Below, one piece after another: positions 9,013 to 18,413 of a stretch of 64,000 nucleotides of DNA; position 1 is the first letter of the stretch; every line of letters begins with the position of its first letter. Where the stretch lies: positions 1 to 64,000 of the IMG/VR virus record IMGVR_UViG_3300045391_006990. One strand, given 5' to 3'. The translations under genes were made by a program, and so were the position numbers. The notes beneath the pieces were generated by a model. It was not told the DNA's origin and did not search any database. It worked only from the letters and a program-made list of their open reading frames with translations. The DNA comes from a virus.

Positions 9013-9650
9013 ACGAGCCCCATGGTGGCCTACGCATCGGAGGTGTCATCTCCGGCGTTGGCGAGAGCGAAGCGCAAGAGATCCACAGCAGGTGGACGAC
9101 TTACCCGCAGGTGAAGGACTACCTCGAGACGCATCTAGCGTTGACGGTGCCTCGCGAGCCTGAGTTTGCCTGCCCGCCGCTTCGCGTCGAGGACCTGACC
9201 ACACCGGACAACAAGGCCTATACGGAGGCCTACGCCCAGCGCGTGGCGTGGTTCGGCTTCTTCTCCGAGCGCAAGGCAGAGCACGACGCCATCGTGCTCG
9301 AGCTCGAAGCCGAGATGGGCATCATCGAAACGCGCATGCGCAACACCATGCGCAAGAACAGCCTGAAGAAGACACGTTCAGGCGAAACCAAAGCTCCTCC
9401 GGCACAGGAGATGGAAGACTCCATCAACGCGGACACCCGCTACCTCGAACTCAAGCAAAAGCTACTCATCCAGAAGCAGGTGCTCAAACGACTCAACGCC
9501 CGCGTCGAGACCCTGGACCGTGAGATCCGGCTCACCTCGCGCCAGGTGGAGATACGCCGCCAGGAGTTCGATAACACGGGCCGTTCGCCGACGGCACGCC
9601 AGGGCCTCCCCCCGCCTGGCATGAGCTTCCGACAGGGGCAGCGTGGATGA
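9009..9650 (+). CDS. Coiled-coil protein, possibly a UvsY-like recombination mediator
   Basis: 'EDSINADTRYLELKQK...RLTSRQVEIRRQE' helical pattern; recombination-operon context. Confidence 0.45.
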   Translation: MNEPHGGLRIGGVISGVGESEAQEIHSRWTTYPQVKDYLETHLALTVPREPEFACPPLRVEDLTTPDNKAYTEAYAQRVAWFGFFSERKAEHDAIVLELEAEMGIIETRMRNTMRKNSLKKTRSGETKAPPAQEMEDSINADTRYLELKQKLLIQKQVLKRLNARVETLDREIRLTSRQVEIRRQEFDNTGRSPTARQGLPPPGMSFRQGQRG

Positions 9651-10108
9651 TCCAGCTGCACTTTCCCTGGCTGCCTCCTTCGGTGAACAACCTGTACCAG
9701 GACACGTTCTTCAAGGTCGGTAAAAAGCTCATGTCCAAGCGCTCGCTGACCGACGAGGGCAAACGCTTCAAGAAGGAGACGCTGGCGTACATCGTCCAGC
9801 GCTTTCAGCCGCAGCTGCTGTTCTTCAAGAAGAACGTGCCGTACGTCTTCTACTACCGGTTCAGCACCCCGGAACTGCTGAACTCCACCTGGCCAAAAAA
9901 GGCGGAGAACAGGTACAAGAAGTTTGACGCCAGTAACTTGGTCAAGGTTCTCGAGGATGTGATCGTCGACGCGAGCGGTATCGACGACTCCAACTACCTG
10001 ACCGTCGTCTCCGAAAAACGAAAGGGGCCGAAGGAGGAGACGCACATCTGGATCTGGAACACCGAAGAGGAGGGATGTCCCTTCCATGAAGCAGCCTTCT
10101 CCCTTTGA
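9647..10108 (+). CDS. rusA: RusA-family Holliday junction resolvase
   Basis: 'PPSVNNLY', 'KFDASNLVKVLEDVI...GIDDS'. Confidence 0.8.
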   Translation: MIQLHFPWLPPSVNNLYQDTFFKVGKKLMSKRSLTDEGKRFKKETLAYIVQRFQPQLLFFKKNVPYVFYYRFSTPELLNSTWPKKAENRYKKFDASNLVKVLEDVIVDASGIDDSNYLTVVSEKRKGPKEETHIWIWNTEEEGCPFHEAAFSL

Positions 10109-10475
10109 GGCTTACAACCACACAGAGCTCTATCAGACGTGTCTTAGCGCGGGCATCCTCGTGCGGCCGAACGAGCCGCGGGCGGAGATGATCGCGTACC
10201 TGGAGGGAGAGGTTGCGCCACCCTCCATAACCGACGCCGACCACATCTTCAATACGTGGAGGCACGGCATCATTGGCTTCATCGAAGAATACTGGAGGCG
10301 GCTGGAGACCCAGCTGCTCTGCCCGGCCCGGCTGATGAAGCACCCTACAACACCAAACCCAAAACCCTGCTTCGGGTGTCTTGACGCCCAAGTCGTCCAC
10401 TGTCTAGTAAGTAATTCCGAGAACGCCAACTTGATCGAGGCGCATCGTTTAGTGAGGAGACCGAGAACCAAATGA
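10086..10475 (+). CDS. Hypothetical protein with N-terminal HeH/LEM-like helices and a Cys cluster
   Basis: 'YNHTELYQTCLSAGI...RAEMIAYL'; CPAR/CFGC/HC. Confidence 0.55.
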   Translation: MKQPSPFEAYNHTELYQTCLSAGILVRPNEPRAEMIAYLEGEVAPPSITDADHIFNTWRHGIIGFIEEYWRRLETQLLCPARLMKHPTTPNPKPCFGCLDAQVVHCLVSNSENANLIEAHRLVRRPRTK

Positions 10476-11143
10476 CTGCTACCCAAATTTCCGTTTCAAC
10501 CGCCCCCCGTGAAATCGAAGGCCTGAAGAAGGCTGGCCGCTTCAATCTGCGCGTGCTTGCGCAGGAGCTTGGCCTGTTCGAGAACGAAGCGGCAAAGACC
10601 GCGTTCATGTCCGCTTCCAATGACCAACAGGCGGAGACCGTCTTGAAGTACCTGCTGGAGAAGGACGGCGGCCCGAAAACCAGCGGCAAGGGTGGCGGTG
10701 GAGCAGCCTCCGGCCGCGCGCCTTCGACCAAGAACGCGGGCAAGGGTGCGGCTACCAACGGCAAGGCGACGGGCGAGCCCGCGGCTGGCTCCGGTGGTGG
10801 CGGTACGCAAGCCACTGGTGGTGCGGCTGTCGGCGCCGGCGCCGAGAAGATCTTGCAGAAACTGCAGGAGCTCATCGAGAAGGTCGACGGCTTCCAGGGC
10901 GAGATCGAGAACCTGAACAACGCCGTAACGCAACTGCAGGGCATCAGCGCGGGCACCAACCGTTTCGTGGCGCTCTCCATCGGTCTGTCGGGCCAGCTCG
11001 CTCAGCAAGTGCTGGGCGCGGGGCTCGAGCAGATCCTCGACGTCACGCTCGAGGACATGCCTGCGGTCGAGGCCGCCATGAAGCGCATGGCGCCGGTAGA
11101 AGAGGCTGATGAGGCCGAAGACGAGGGAAACGAAGAAGAGTAG
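10472..11143 (+). CDS. Hypothetical protein: 'GRFNLR' helical domain, Gly/Ala linker, coiled coil, acidic tail; candidate -1 frameshift extends it to 11331
   Basis: Strong codon bias; GGAG RBS; G GGA AAC in frame at 11125-11131. Confidence 0.75.
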   Translation: MTATQISVSTAPREIEGLKKAGRFNLRVLAQELGLFENEAAKTAFMSASNDQQAETVLKYLLEKDGGPKTSGKGGGGAASGRAPSTKNAGKGAATNGKATGEPAAGSGGGGTQATGGAAVGAGAEKILQKLQELIEKVDGFQGEIENLNNAVTQLQGISAGTNRFVALSIGLSGQLAQQVLGAGLEQILDVTLEDMPAVEAAMKRMAPVEEADEAEDEGNEEE

Positions 11144-11331
11144 CCGTCAAGACGTGGCCGGGCTGTCGGCGATTGAAGACGCATGAAGTTGTTGAAGTCA
11201 GCGAGAGCTACATCACCTCGCTCCGCTACAACGACCTGCGTAAATTCGCCGTCAGCCTCGGCGTCCTAGTACAGGACGACCCAAGTCTTGATGTGCTGCG
11301 CCAACGCATTCGGCAGTGCCGTCTCGTGTGA
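11125..11331 (+). CDS. -1-frame extension ORF (68 codons) with an HeH/SAP-like helical motif
   Basis: GKRRRVAVKTWP...SYITSLRYNDLRKFAVSLGVLVQDDPSLDVLRQRIRQCRLV*; no ATG, only an internal TTG without an RBS. Confidence 0.55.
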   Translation, partial: GKRRRVAVKTWPGCRRLKTHEVVEVSESYITSLRYNDLRKFAVSLGVLVQDDPSLDVLRQRIRQCRLV

Positions 11332-11380
11332 AGAGGCGGCACTGGCTGATGGGGCGTGCTCAACGTGCAGAAAGGTCACT

Positions 11381-11581
11381 ATGAGTGCGTCGTGCAACGG
11401 GGAAGTTCGTAGAGAAGGTCACCAGTGGTTCTGCTTGGACTGTGGGTTCGAGAGCTCGGCTTGGAGCACAGAACACGCACCACTACAGACCAGACGTGCG
11501 CATTTCCTCTCGTCTCTGCTCGAGCTAGTTCGAGAAGCGGAAGCAGACCAACGAAGTGTGGGAGCCGCAGTAGCGGCGTAG
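11381..11581 (+). CDS. Small zinc-ribbon-like protein
   Basis: 'SCNGEVRREGHQWFCLDCGFE'; AAGG RBS. Confidence 0.5.
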   Translation: MSASCNGEVRREGHQWFCLDCGFESSAWSTEHAPLQTRRAHFLSSLLELVREAEADQRSVGAAVAA

Positions 11582-11592
11582 ACCACGTGGAG

Positions 11593-11634
11593 TAGGTGTT
11601 ACTGGTACAGCCAGCAACGCCTATTCTTTAGCCC
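11593..11634 (+). terminator. Terminator at the convergence of the replication and structural regions
   Basis: TAGGTGTTACTGGT-aca-GCCAGCAACGCCTA, then TTCTT and TAGCCC. Confidence 0.7.
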
Positions 11635-14600
11635 TTCTTAGGCGGTCGACGCACGCCAATTTGACTACTAGGTCCTTGCCTTACCCCAATGCGTACGGAG
11701 GCAGGACCCCTCACACCGACAAGAACTGTCGCAGGCGTGAGCGTTTGCGTGTTTGGACGATAGATGGACAAAGTACCCGTACAGACAGCCTGGCCCATCA
11801 AATTGGCTAGCAGCGGGTGCATGATGTCAGGAGAACAGCTAGCTCCTGCCATCAAGTTTGCTGTGAGCGCACCTGCACCTTGAAGCAAACCGCCAAGGGA
11901 AGAGCTGCCTGTTAGTGAGGCCGCGATGCCGGGCGCGTTGCTTAGTGTGCCTGCGCAGCTTGCGCCTGCACTCAAGTTGGATGTTGCTTGAAGGAATAGC
12001 GCTCCTGTCGCAGACAAGGACGCAGACCCATTGGTGTTCATCCCAAGCTGAACAACACCTGTCACCGCAGCAACTAGCGCCGCCCCTCCGCTTAAGGCAC
12101 CCAAGATGATCCCACGGTCGAGCGTACCCGTCAGTGAAGCCCCTGCCACGCAGGCGGTTGCGATGACCGCATTCCCGATCAGGGTGGCAGTGCAATTGAC
12201 CGTACTGGAGATAGAACAGCTCAGGCTACCCACTCCAGTTGGTGTCGCGCTGAGAGCTGCACCGGCCGCCAACGAGGCACCTCCGCTACGGAGGGCCTGC
12301 CCGGTGCCTGTCAGGTTAGCGCTGGCCGACGGCGACGCAGACACTGCGGCGGTACCACCCAACGCGGATACCAGCACGCCTCCTGCGCTGCAGGCGGCGC
12401 CCAACCCACCACTACCGGTCAGTGCCCCTACGCAAAGAGCGCCGGCCGTAATGAAGGACACTGTCGATGACTGGTCTACTAGCGGCCCTGAAACCACAGC
12501 ACCAGCCACGCAAGAGGCGTTCAGTGATCCGAACGCTGCCACCGAGCCCGTGCTGGAGGCTCCTGCCGCCAACGTTGCGTTCAAGGCGCCCGTCCCCGTC
12601 AACCCAGCGCTGGAGGCGGCCCCGGCGGTAAGAGAGCCCACCAGAAGCTTACCCAAGGGAGCCGTCATCGATGCGGAAGCACTAGTGGAGCAAGCCAGCA
12701 GCTTGCCCAATGGAGCGTTCAGCGACGAGCTGGCGCTCAAAGAAGCAGCCAGCCCTGCGTTAGAAAGTAGCTGCGCAGAGACAGCCGCGCTGGCACTCAG
12801 CAACGCGCCCGCAGCGCCTTGCCCGGTCACAACACCGGAGCAGACAGCGCCGGCGGCGGTACTGCAGACCAAGAGGCTGCCTAGAGCACCCGTTGTCGTA
12901 GAGCCCACACCCAACGTAGCTGCCAGTGCTCCTGAGGCTACGAGCGTCCCTGCGCTCGAACCTCCCTCGAGCAGAGAGGCAGACAGCCCGCCAGTTCCCG
13001 TTACTACCGCAGAGGCGGTGGCGCCCTGTGCCAACGACGTCGCCAGGCTGCCAGCACCCACCAGGTTACCGGTGCAGGCAGCACCAGCCGATACCGATGT
13101 GGTCAGAAAGGAGCCACCCGCTAGGTTGCCGCCCAAGCTTGCACCGGCGGAAAGTGAGCTGGCAGCCGCCTGTACCCCGAGCAGCTGCCCGGAGCAGCTA
13201 GCCCCTGCGCTTACGCTACAGACCAACAGCTTACCCAGCGCAGCTGAAACGGCGCTTCCTGCCGAAATAGCTGCAGCTATTGGGTTGAGCGTGCGGAGAG
13301 AGGGAGACATAACGGCCCCCTCAGTAAGGCTGCTAGCGATCGATCCGGTACCAGTCAGCGCAGCCGTGCAACTTGCCCCTGCGGTTGTCGAGCAAACGAG
13401 TAGCTTGCCCAGAGCTGCAGTGACAGCCGCGCCCGTTGTCAGCGAGGCGGTACTGGCAGAGGTGCCCGTCAAGTTACCGGAGACCGTGCCCCCTTCCGTT
13501 AAAGAAGCAGTGAGCCCACTGGAAGGTGGAAACTGGTACGCCCAAAGACCCTCACCAGTGCTTGCGTTGTAGAGCCGGCGCGACACCGGGTCGTACACCA
13601 TCCAGAACGATCCATCAGTGAACGACTTGGTGCCGACGTTGCTCCAGCCGCTTGTCGACGTCGCGGGGATGGCTTGCCTGATACAGTTACCAGGCGAGTG
13701 CAGCGCCGTGTAGATGTACGAGCCGTCGGAAACGCAGCTCAGGTAGAAGAACGAAGCGCTGGGGCCGACGTTGGTCCACGTTGCTCCACCATCGGTCGAG
13801 CGCGCAACGCCGGCGGCGCCGGAGATGTAGATGTCGCCGTTCGACGTGTAGGCGATCTGCTGACCGCCGTGATCCATGTTGTCGGTAGAGACCTGCGTCC
13901 ACGACGTGCCGCCGTTGGTGGTGCGCCAGCGGCCCGCATCCTGCGAGCCATAGATCCACGTGTTGCTGTTGCCGATCCCGAAGCCCGGATGGCACAGAAA
14001 GTCGACGTCGACACCGGCGGAGCTCGTGATGCCCGGGACATTTTTGGCGGTCCAAGTGTCGCCACCATCGGTCGACTCCAGCACGCCGGGAGCTGTCTGC
14101 CCCGTCCATGGACTGTGGAATGAAACGAGTAGGTGGTCTGGATTGTTGGGGTCAGCCGCAACGTGGTAGGCGTCGCTCACGGGAGCAACGGAGAGGAAAT
14201 TACCAGACTGGGCCCACGTCGCTCCGCCATCAGTCGAACGCCAAAGACCGTTCGTAGAACCACGAACGCCGTCAGCAACGAAGATTCTACCGGGCCGAGT
14301 AGGGTCAGGAATGATGATCGCAATCGGCTGCCCTGGACCTCCGATCCCAGGTCCACTGATGCGGGTCCAGCTACCGCCCGCGTTCGTTGACTTCCAAACA
14401 CCGCAAGCCGTGTCTGTCGTAGTGTTGTGAATCCAGCACAGGTAGAGTGTGTTGGGAACTACAGGGTCTCGCACCATCGACTGCGTAAAAGCACCCGTCG
14501 ATGGAGGTGCATGCAACTGCGTCCACGTATTGAGGGGCAGGTCTGGCCGAGCTTGCAACGTCGCACCCGCTGTCAGCGACGCGGCGACGTTAACTCGCGA

Positions 14601-15350
14601 AGTGAGGTTGGCGCCCAGTGTCGCGCCAGCACTAAGGTTGGCAGTACGTTGACCCGTAAGAAACGACGCGCTTAAAGACGCACCACCAGCTAGGTTGGAG
14701 AAAATCGAACCCGGCTGCGGAGTAAAGACCACCATCGCGGCCGTGCCGGAATGCGCACCTTTGGCGGCAGTCGGAGCCACGCTGCCGGGCGAAAGCGAAG
14801 TGACTGAAAAAATCTGAGCTTCGCTCGCAGTGTCGCCGCTGTTCACCCAAGTGAACGTCGGCGGAGTGATGGAGATCGGCGTGCCCGATACATTCCAGAC
14901 GTCTAGGTCCCAAGCGTTGCCAACGAATGTCGCAGCCGCACCACCGCCCGGTGCGGTGACGGACCCCATCGCGAGTGAACCGGTAGTATTCGAATTTACG
15001 GAAAAACCAGCGATGGCGCTGGTGACACCGCTGCTTACGTCGCAACCGCGCGCGTAGTACGTGATCGGTTTGACATCGCCGCCCGCGCCCGTGTACGTCG
15101 GAGAGTACGTACTCGGCTCACCAGCAGCATTGGTGATGTGCTTTGCGAGAATCGTGATGAACTCACGATCGAGAGACGCATCACCGGGCGCGTCGCAAAT
15201 CTTCGTGAAGCCTGCGAGCGACGCGCTCGCGTCCTTGTCGTAGAACCCGCAAAGGCAAAGGATGAGAATGTCACCATTCGCCAAACCTGTCGGCTTAGCA
15301 GGAGCAGCGCCGTAGCCTCCCCAGGTGAATCCACCAAATGAAACGGACAA
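11628..15350 (-). CDS. Large fibre/adhesin-like virion protein with an Asp-box (BNR) beta-propeller and a long Ala/Gly/Ser repeat stalk
   Basis: Repeated 'STDGGxTW' Asp-boxes; ~18-aa 'ASLxAGAxxxGxL' repeats over about 600 aa. Confidence 0.7.
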   Translation of the reverse strand: MSVSFGGFTWGGYGAAPAKPTGLANGDILILCLCGFYDKDASASLAGFTKICDAPGDASLDREFITILAKHITNAAGEPSTYSPTYTGAGGDVKPITYYARGCDVSSGVTSAIAGFSVNSNTTGSLAMGSVTAPGGGAAATFVGNAWDLDVWNVSGTPISITPPTFTWVNSGDTASEAQIFSVTSLSPGSVAPTAAKGAHSGTAAMVVFTPQPGSIFSNLAGGASLSASFLTGQRTANLSAGATLGANLTSRVNVAASLTAGATLQARPDLPLNTWTQLHAPPSTGAFTQSMVRDPVVPNTLYLCWIHNTTTDTACGVWKSTNAGGSWTRISGPGIGGPGQPIAIIIPDPTRPGRIFVADGVRGSTNGLWRSTDGGATWAQSGNFLSVAPVSDAYHVAADPNNPDHLLVSFHSPWTGQTAPGVLESTDGGDTWTAKNVPGITSSAGVDVDFLCHPGFGIGNSNTWIYGSQDAGRWRTTNGGTSWTQVSTDNMDHGGQQIAYTSNGDIYISGAAGVARSTDGGATWTNVGPSASFFYLSCVSDGSYIYTALHSPGNCIRQAIPATSTSGWSNVGTKSFTDGSFWMVYDPVSRRLYNASTGEGLWAYQFPPSSGLTASLTEGGTVSGNLTGTSASTASLTTGAAVTAALGKLLVCSTTAGASCTAALTGTGSIASSLTEGAVMSPSLRTLNPIAAAISAGSAVSAALGKLLVCSVSAGASCSGQLLGVQAAASSLSAGASLGGNLAGGSFLTTSVSAGAACTGNLVGAGSLATSLAQGATASAVVTGTGGLSASLLEGGSSAGTLVASGALAATLGVGSTTTGALGSLLVCSTAAGAVCSGVVTGQGAAGALLSASAAVSAQLLSNAGLAASLSASSSLNAPLGKLLACSTSASASMTAPLGKLLVGSLTAGAASSAGLTGTGALNATLAAGASSTGSVAAFGSLNASCVAGAVVSGPLVDQSSTVSFITAGALCVGALTGSGGLGAACSAGGVLVSALGGTAAVSASPSASANLTGTGQALRSGGASLAAGAALSATPTGVGSLSCSISSTVNCTATLIGNAVIATACVAGASLTGTLDRGIILGALSGGAALVAAVTGVVQLGMNTNGSASLSATGALFLQATSNLSAGASCAGTLSNAPGIAASLTGSSSLGGLLQGAGALTANLMAGASCSPDIMHPLLANLMGQAVCTGTLSIYRPNTQTLTPATVLVGVRGPASVRIGVRQGPSSQIGVRRPPKKG

Positions 15351-15357
15351 GCTGCCC

Positions 15358-15606
15358 TCACGTCAGGGGTTTGCGCTTGCCACCAGCGCGTTGAGGCTGT
15401 GCGAGCACCTCGTCACGGGCGGCGGCGACAACGCCTTGGGGGTTGGCAGCTGAGGCGAGTGCGCCTGCAAAACCACACAGCTCCAAGAAGGCGTCGTCGG
15501 ATACCGCGTGCAGGTCCTCTATGAGCTGCTCCACCTGCGTAGGATCGCGCCCTGCGAGCCAATTGGCAAACTTCTGGCGTGGGTTTGGCTGCGTTGCAGC
15601 ACCCAT
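15358..15606 (-). CDS. Hypothetical protein
   Basis: Tightly packed in the - strand operon. Confidence 0.5.
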   Translation of the reverse strand: MGAATQPNPRQKFANWLAGRDPTQVEQLIEDLHAVSDDAFLELCGFAGALASAANPQGVVAAARDEVLAQPQRAGGKRKPLT

Positions 15607-16034
15607 TACCGCAGCTCCGGTTTATCTATCGCCGTGAAGCGCACGGCGGCGCGCCCAGAGGTGTCCATAGTGAGGTCGGCAGGCAGGTACCCCAAATTTT
15701 GCCGTGTGAGCTCAGACCACACTGGCATCAAACCTTCGCGCAACGCGGAGTCCGGCGGCTTGCCATTTGGAAATTCAAACTCCTGTACGTACTCCTCGAT
15801 CTCGCCATCTTTGAGCGCTTGCAGCTCATGCGGAAGTACATCCAGCACCTTTGTCTCACCACTACATTTCACGTAGGGCTTGGCCGCAGGCAGCCAGAAG
15901 ACGAAGGTCGCCCAGTAGCGATTCGAAATTACCCCAATGGGCTCGCCGCGGGCGTCGAGTACAGTCTGCCCTCCATCGACGTTCTCGTAGCGGTAGCCGA
16001 TCCGGATGATTTTGCGGTAGCCGGGGGTGGGCAT
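15606..16034 (-). CDS. Hypothetical protein (MPTPGYRKIIRIG...)
   Basis: Stop overlaps the next start; internal ATG preferred as start. Confidence 0.55.
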   Translation of the reverse strand: MPTPGYRKIIRIGYRYENVDGGQTVLDARGEPIGVISNRYWATFVFWLPAAKPYVKCSGETKVLDVLPHELQALKDGEIEEYVQEFEFPNGKPPDSALREGLMPVWSELTRQNLGYLPADLTMDTSGRAAVRFTAIDKPELR

Positions 16035-16116
16035 TGCTCGAAAGCTTTCGAAGAAGGGCCGCTGTACGGCGCAAGGCCGCGCGCGCAAGCGGCTACCTGC
16101 TACGCGCGGCGTAGGC

Positions 16117-16545
16117 CTAGGCGATCGTCACAGACAAACCAGAGGCGGCGAACTGCGGCGTGATGCCTGTCGAGACCGACAAGCTGGACGTCACTGCGCC
16201 GGCGACAATCACTTCGCCGGTGCCTGAAGTCAGCTTTCCGACAGCGCAGTGCGTCACAGTGCTGGTACCGCCAGTACAAGCTGGGAAGGTGATGGCGCCA
16301 ACGTTCGTGACCACGCCCGCGGTGCTGCTCCAGCCGCCCGACGTACGCGCGACTGAGACGCGTGCGTAGGACGTGTACGCACTCTCGCTGGTGGTCTGAT
16401 TGCCCGCCGTGGGGTCTGCCGTGTGCAGCGAAGCGAACAGGGCCGTGTTCGGTGAAGTGGCCGCATTGTCCGCCCAGTTGGCCCACGCGGTTGCGTTGAA
16501 GATGAGAAGGGCAAGTGCTTGCCTTGCAGCTGTTCCGAACGCCAT
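16117..16545 (-). CDS. Conserved small phage fibre-associated structural protein
   Basis: 'LHTADP...ESAYTSYARVSV...TNVGAITFP...TVTH...ITPQFAASGL' pattern common next to phage fibre genes. Confidence 0.7.
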   Translation of the reverse strand: MAFGTAARQALALLIFNATAWANWADNAATSPNTALFASLHTADPTAGNQTTSESAYTSYARVSVARTSGGWSSTAGVVTNVGAITFPACTGGTSTVTHCAVGKLTSGTGEVIVAGAVTSSLSVSTGITPQFAASGLSVTIA

Positions 16546-16547
16546 GA

Positions 16548-16988
16548 TTACTCGGCCTTTCGCTCACGAGCGGCCATTTCAGCAGCCGCGGTTAGGGGGA
16601 GGATGAGGTTTGCAGAAAAAGACAGCGAGACCTTGTCGACGGTCTCGACCGAAGCTCCCTTGCCCGCTTCGTAAGCTTGCTTGAATGCGGAATCGACCAG
16701 CTCCTGCTCATGCGGATCGTCGATGGAGAGATGGGCACAAGTCGCCGTGTACTCAGGCTGCGGCTTACCGAAGGCGCCGGCCTGAAACTGCTCATGCAGC
16801 GATTTCGTCAGCCAATTCTGGGCGTCGTCGACGCGGACGCCGACGGTGACGTTCTCTGACTCACCTTCCCAACCAAGCTGGGCAGCGAGCTTGATGCCAG
16901 CTCCTTGAAAGTGCTCTTGCTTGCCGGCGACTCGAATCTGGTTCGGCGGCAGCTCGGGTTTCGGCGGCGGGACTGCTTTTGCGGGCAT
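16548..16988 (-). CDS. Hypothetical protein
   Basis: ATG overlaps the upstream stop; operonic. Confidence 0.55.
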   Translation of the reverse strand: MPAKAVPPPKPELPPNQIRVAGKQEHFQGAGIKLAAQLGWEGESENVTVGVRVDDAQNWLTKSLHEQFQAGAFGKPQPEYTATCAHLSIDDPHEQELVDSAFKQAYEAGKGASVETVDKVSLSFSANLILPLTAAAEMAARERKAE

Positions 16989-17461
16989 TACTTCTGCTCC
17001 TGTACTAGGACTACCAGAACGGCTGTCGTCACTATTCCGATAGCATACCAAAGGTTTGGTTCTTTCCACAGAGGAGGGTTCCGCAGCTTCTCCTCTGCTT
17101 CAAGCCTTGCCTTTTCCGCCTGAAGTAAGCGCTGGCGCAAGTCTTCTTCGCTCTTCTTGTTTCGATCTTCCTCGATGGAACGGTACTCTTTTTCGCGCTG
17201 AATGTTGACCGCACATGCGTCTTTTGCAGCCTTCAGATCTGTGCCGTAGCGCAACTTGTACTGCTGCAACCACATAGCCCACCGCAGCGATGTATTTTCA
17301 TCGAAGAGCTGCCCTGCATAAGGAGCCGACTCGCCCTTCTTGACGGCAACGATGTTGTCTTCCCCGGCAGGGAAAGTAACAATCGCAGGGACTGGTAACG
17401 GCTCTTCCGCAAGAGCCAGCGAGGGGATGAGTAATGTAGCAATGAGGGCACGGAGGTTCAT
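16988..17461 (-). CDS. Exported coiled-coil protein with a C-terminal TM helix (spanin-like)
   Basis: Signal peptide 'MNLRALIATLLIPSLALA', coiled coil, C-terminal hydrophobic helix; near holin. Confidence 0.5.
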   Translation of the reverse strand: MNLRALIATLLIPSLALAEEPLPVPAIVTFPAGEDNIVAVKKGESAPYAGQLFDENTSLRWAMWLQQYKLRYGTDLKAAKDACAVNIQREKEYRSIEEDRNKKSEEDLRQRLLQAEKARLEAEEKLRNPPLWKEPNLWYAIGIVTTAVLVVLVQEQK

Positions 17462-17475
17462 GCCCTTCAGAGTAC

Positions 17476-18045
17476 CTACTCAGCAGGCAGATTGACCAGT
17501 GCGCGGTCCACTGCGGCGTCGTACCAAGCCTCCATCCGCTTACGAAACGGCCACATCCAGAAGTAGCTGGGGCCTACGAAGTTGTCGACCATCTGCTGCT
17601 TTGCCTCGGGCCTACGTACAAGGTCAGCCCCGTTGGGCAGAAGCTCGACCGTAGCCCTTATGGTCTCCTCGTAGGCTTCCATCTCGAAGACGGCGCGAAA
17701 ATACGCGAGGCCGCCTGGTAGCGGAAAGAACAAGTACAGGAACGTGAAGATCGGCATCGTGAAGAAACGCTTCTGGCGCATGTGCACACGCTCATGCCGA
17801 AGCACTATGGTGCGCACGATGTCAGAGTTGTCCCTCCAGCATTCGGGCACGTACACCACGCAGCCGATGGTGGTGATGTAGTCCGTCTGAAATGTGCGCT
17901 GCCGGCCCAGCGTGATGAAGAACAAGAAGCCGGCGATGAACTTCATCAACCAGCTGTCTTCCTTCCACACGATCTTGAACTGCGGAAATTCTTCACGAAG
18001 CTCGCACAAGATGTCGCTGTACTCACAACCTGGGCAACTGCTCAT
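17476..18045 (-). CDS. HExxH zinc metallopeptidase-like membrane protein
   Basis: 'YITTIG...VLRHERVHMRQ...FEMEAY'. Confidence 0.7.
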   Translation of the reverse strand: MSSCPGCEYSDILCELREEFPQFKIVWKEDSWLMKFIAGFLFFITLGRQRTFQTDYITTIGCVVYVPECWRDNSDIVRTIVLRHERVHMRQKRFFTMPIFTFLYLFFPLPGGLAYFRAVFEMEAYEETIRATVELLPNGADLVRRPEAKQQMVDNFVGPSYFWMWPFRKRMEAWYDAAVDRALVNLPAE

Positions 18046-18413
18046 TTTGACCTAATGTCCTTGCCAACTTGCTTCAACAAGACATTGACGGCAGCCGGAT
18101 CGCCTTGCACCTCAGCGAGCTGATCAAGTTGCTTCTGCGTCTCTGCGGAGACTGCGGCGCTACGCCCTGCCTCAATGCCAGAAAGTTGGGCTGCGGCAGC
18201 TTGGTCGACTGACTGCTTCTTCTGTGCGGCTTCTTCGTCGAGCTTGGATGCCACTTCGTTGTGGCCCACCAACCCTGGGCTCACGACCGTCACATTGCGC
18301 TTGGACGTCGACCGCTCCATCAAGAACAGCAGTACTCCCACAGGAAACAGCAACCACTTCCAGTTGCGCTTCAGCCACCCCCACGCTGCTTTCAACCACA
18401 ACGTTGCGATCAT
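18042..18413 (-). CDS. Membrane-anchored coiled-coil protein (i-spanin-like)
   Basis: N-terminal TM 'WKWLLFPVGVLLFL' followed by an Ala/Gln-rich helix; overlaps holin. Confidence 0.5.
   Translation of the reverse strand: MIATLWLKAAWGWLKRNWKWLLFPVGVLLFLMERSTSKRNVTVVSPGLVGHNEVASKLDEEAAQKKQSVDQAAAAQLSGIEAGRSAAVSAETQKQLDQLAEVQGDPAAVNVLLKQVGKDIRSK

Noticed and set aside
12106-13572. 488-aa + strand ORF
   Set aside because: Antisense shadow of the Ala/Gly/Ser repeat region of 11628..15350; low complexity with no independent motifs.
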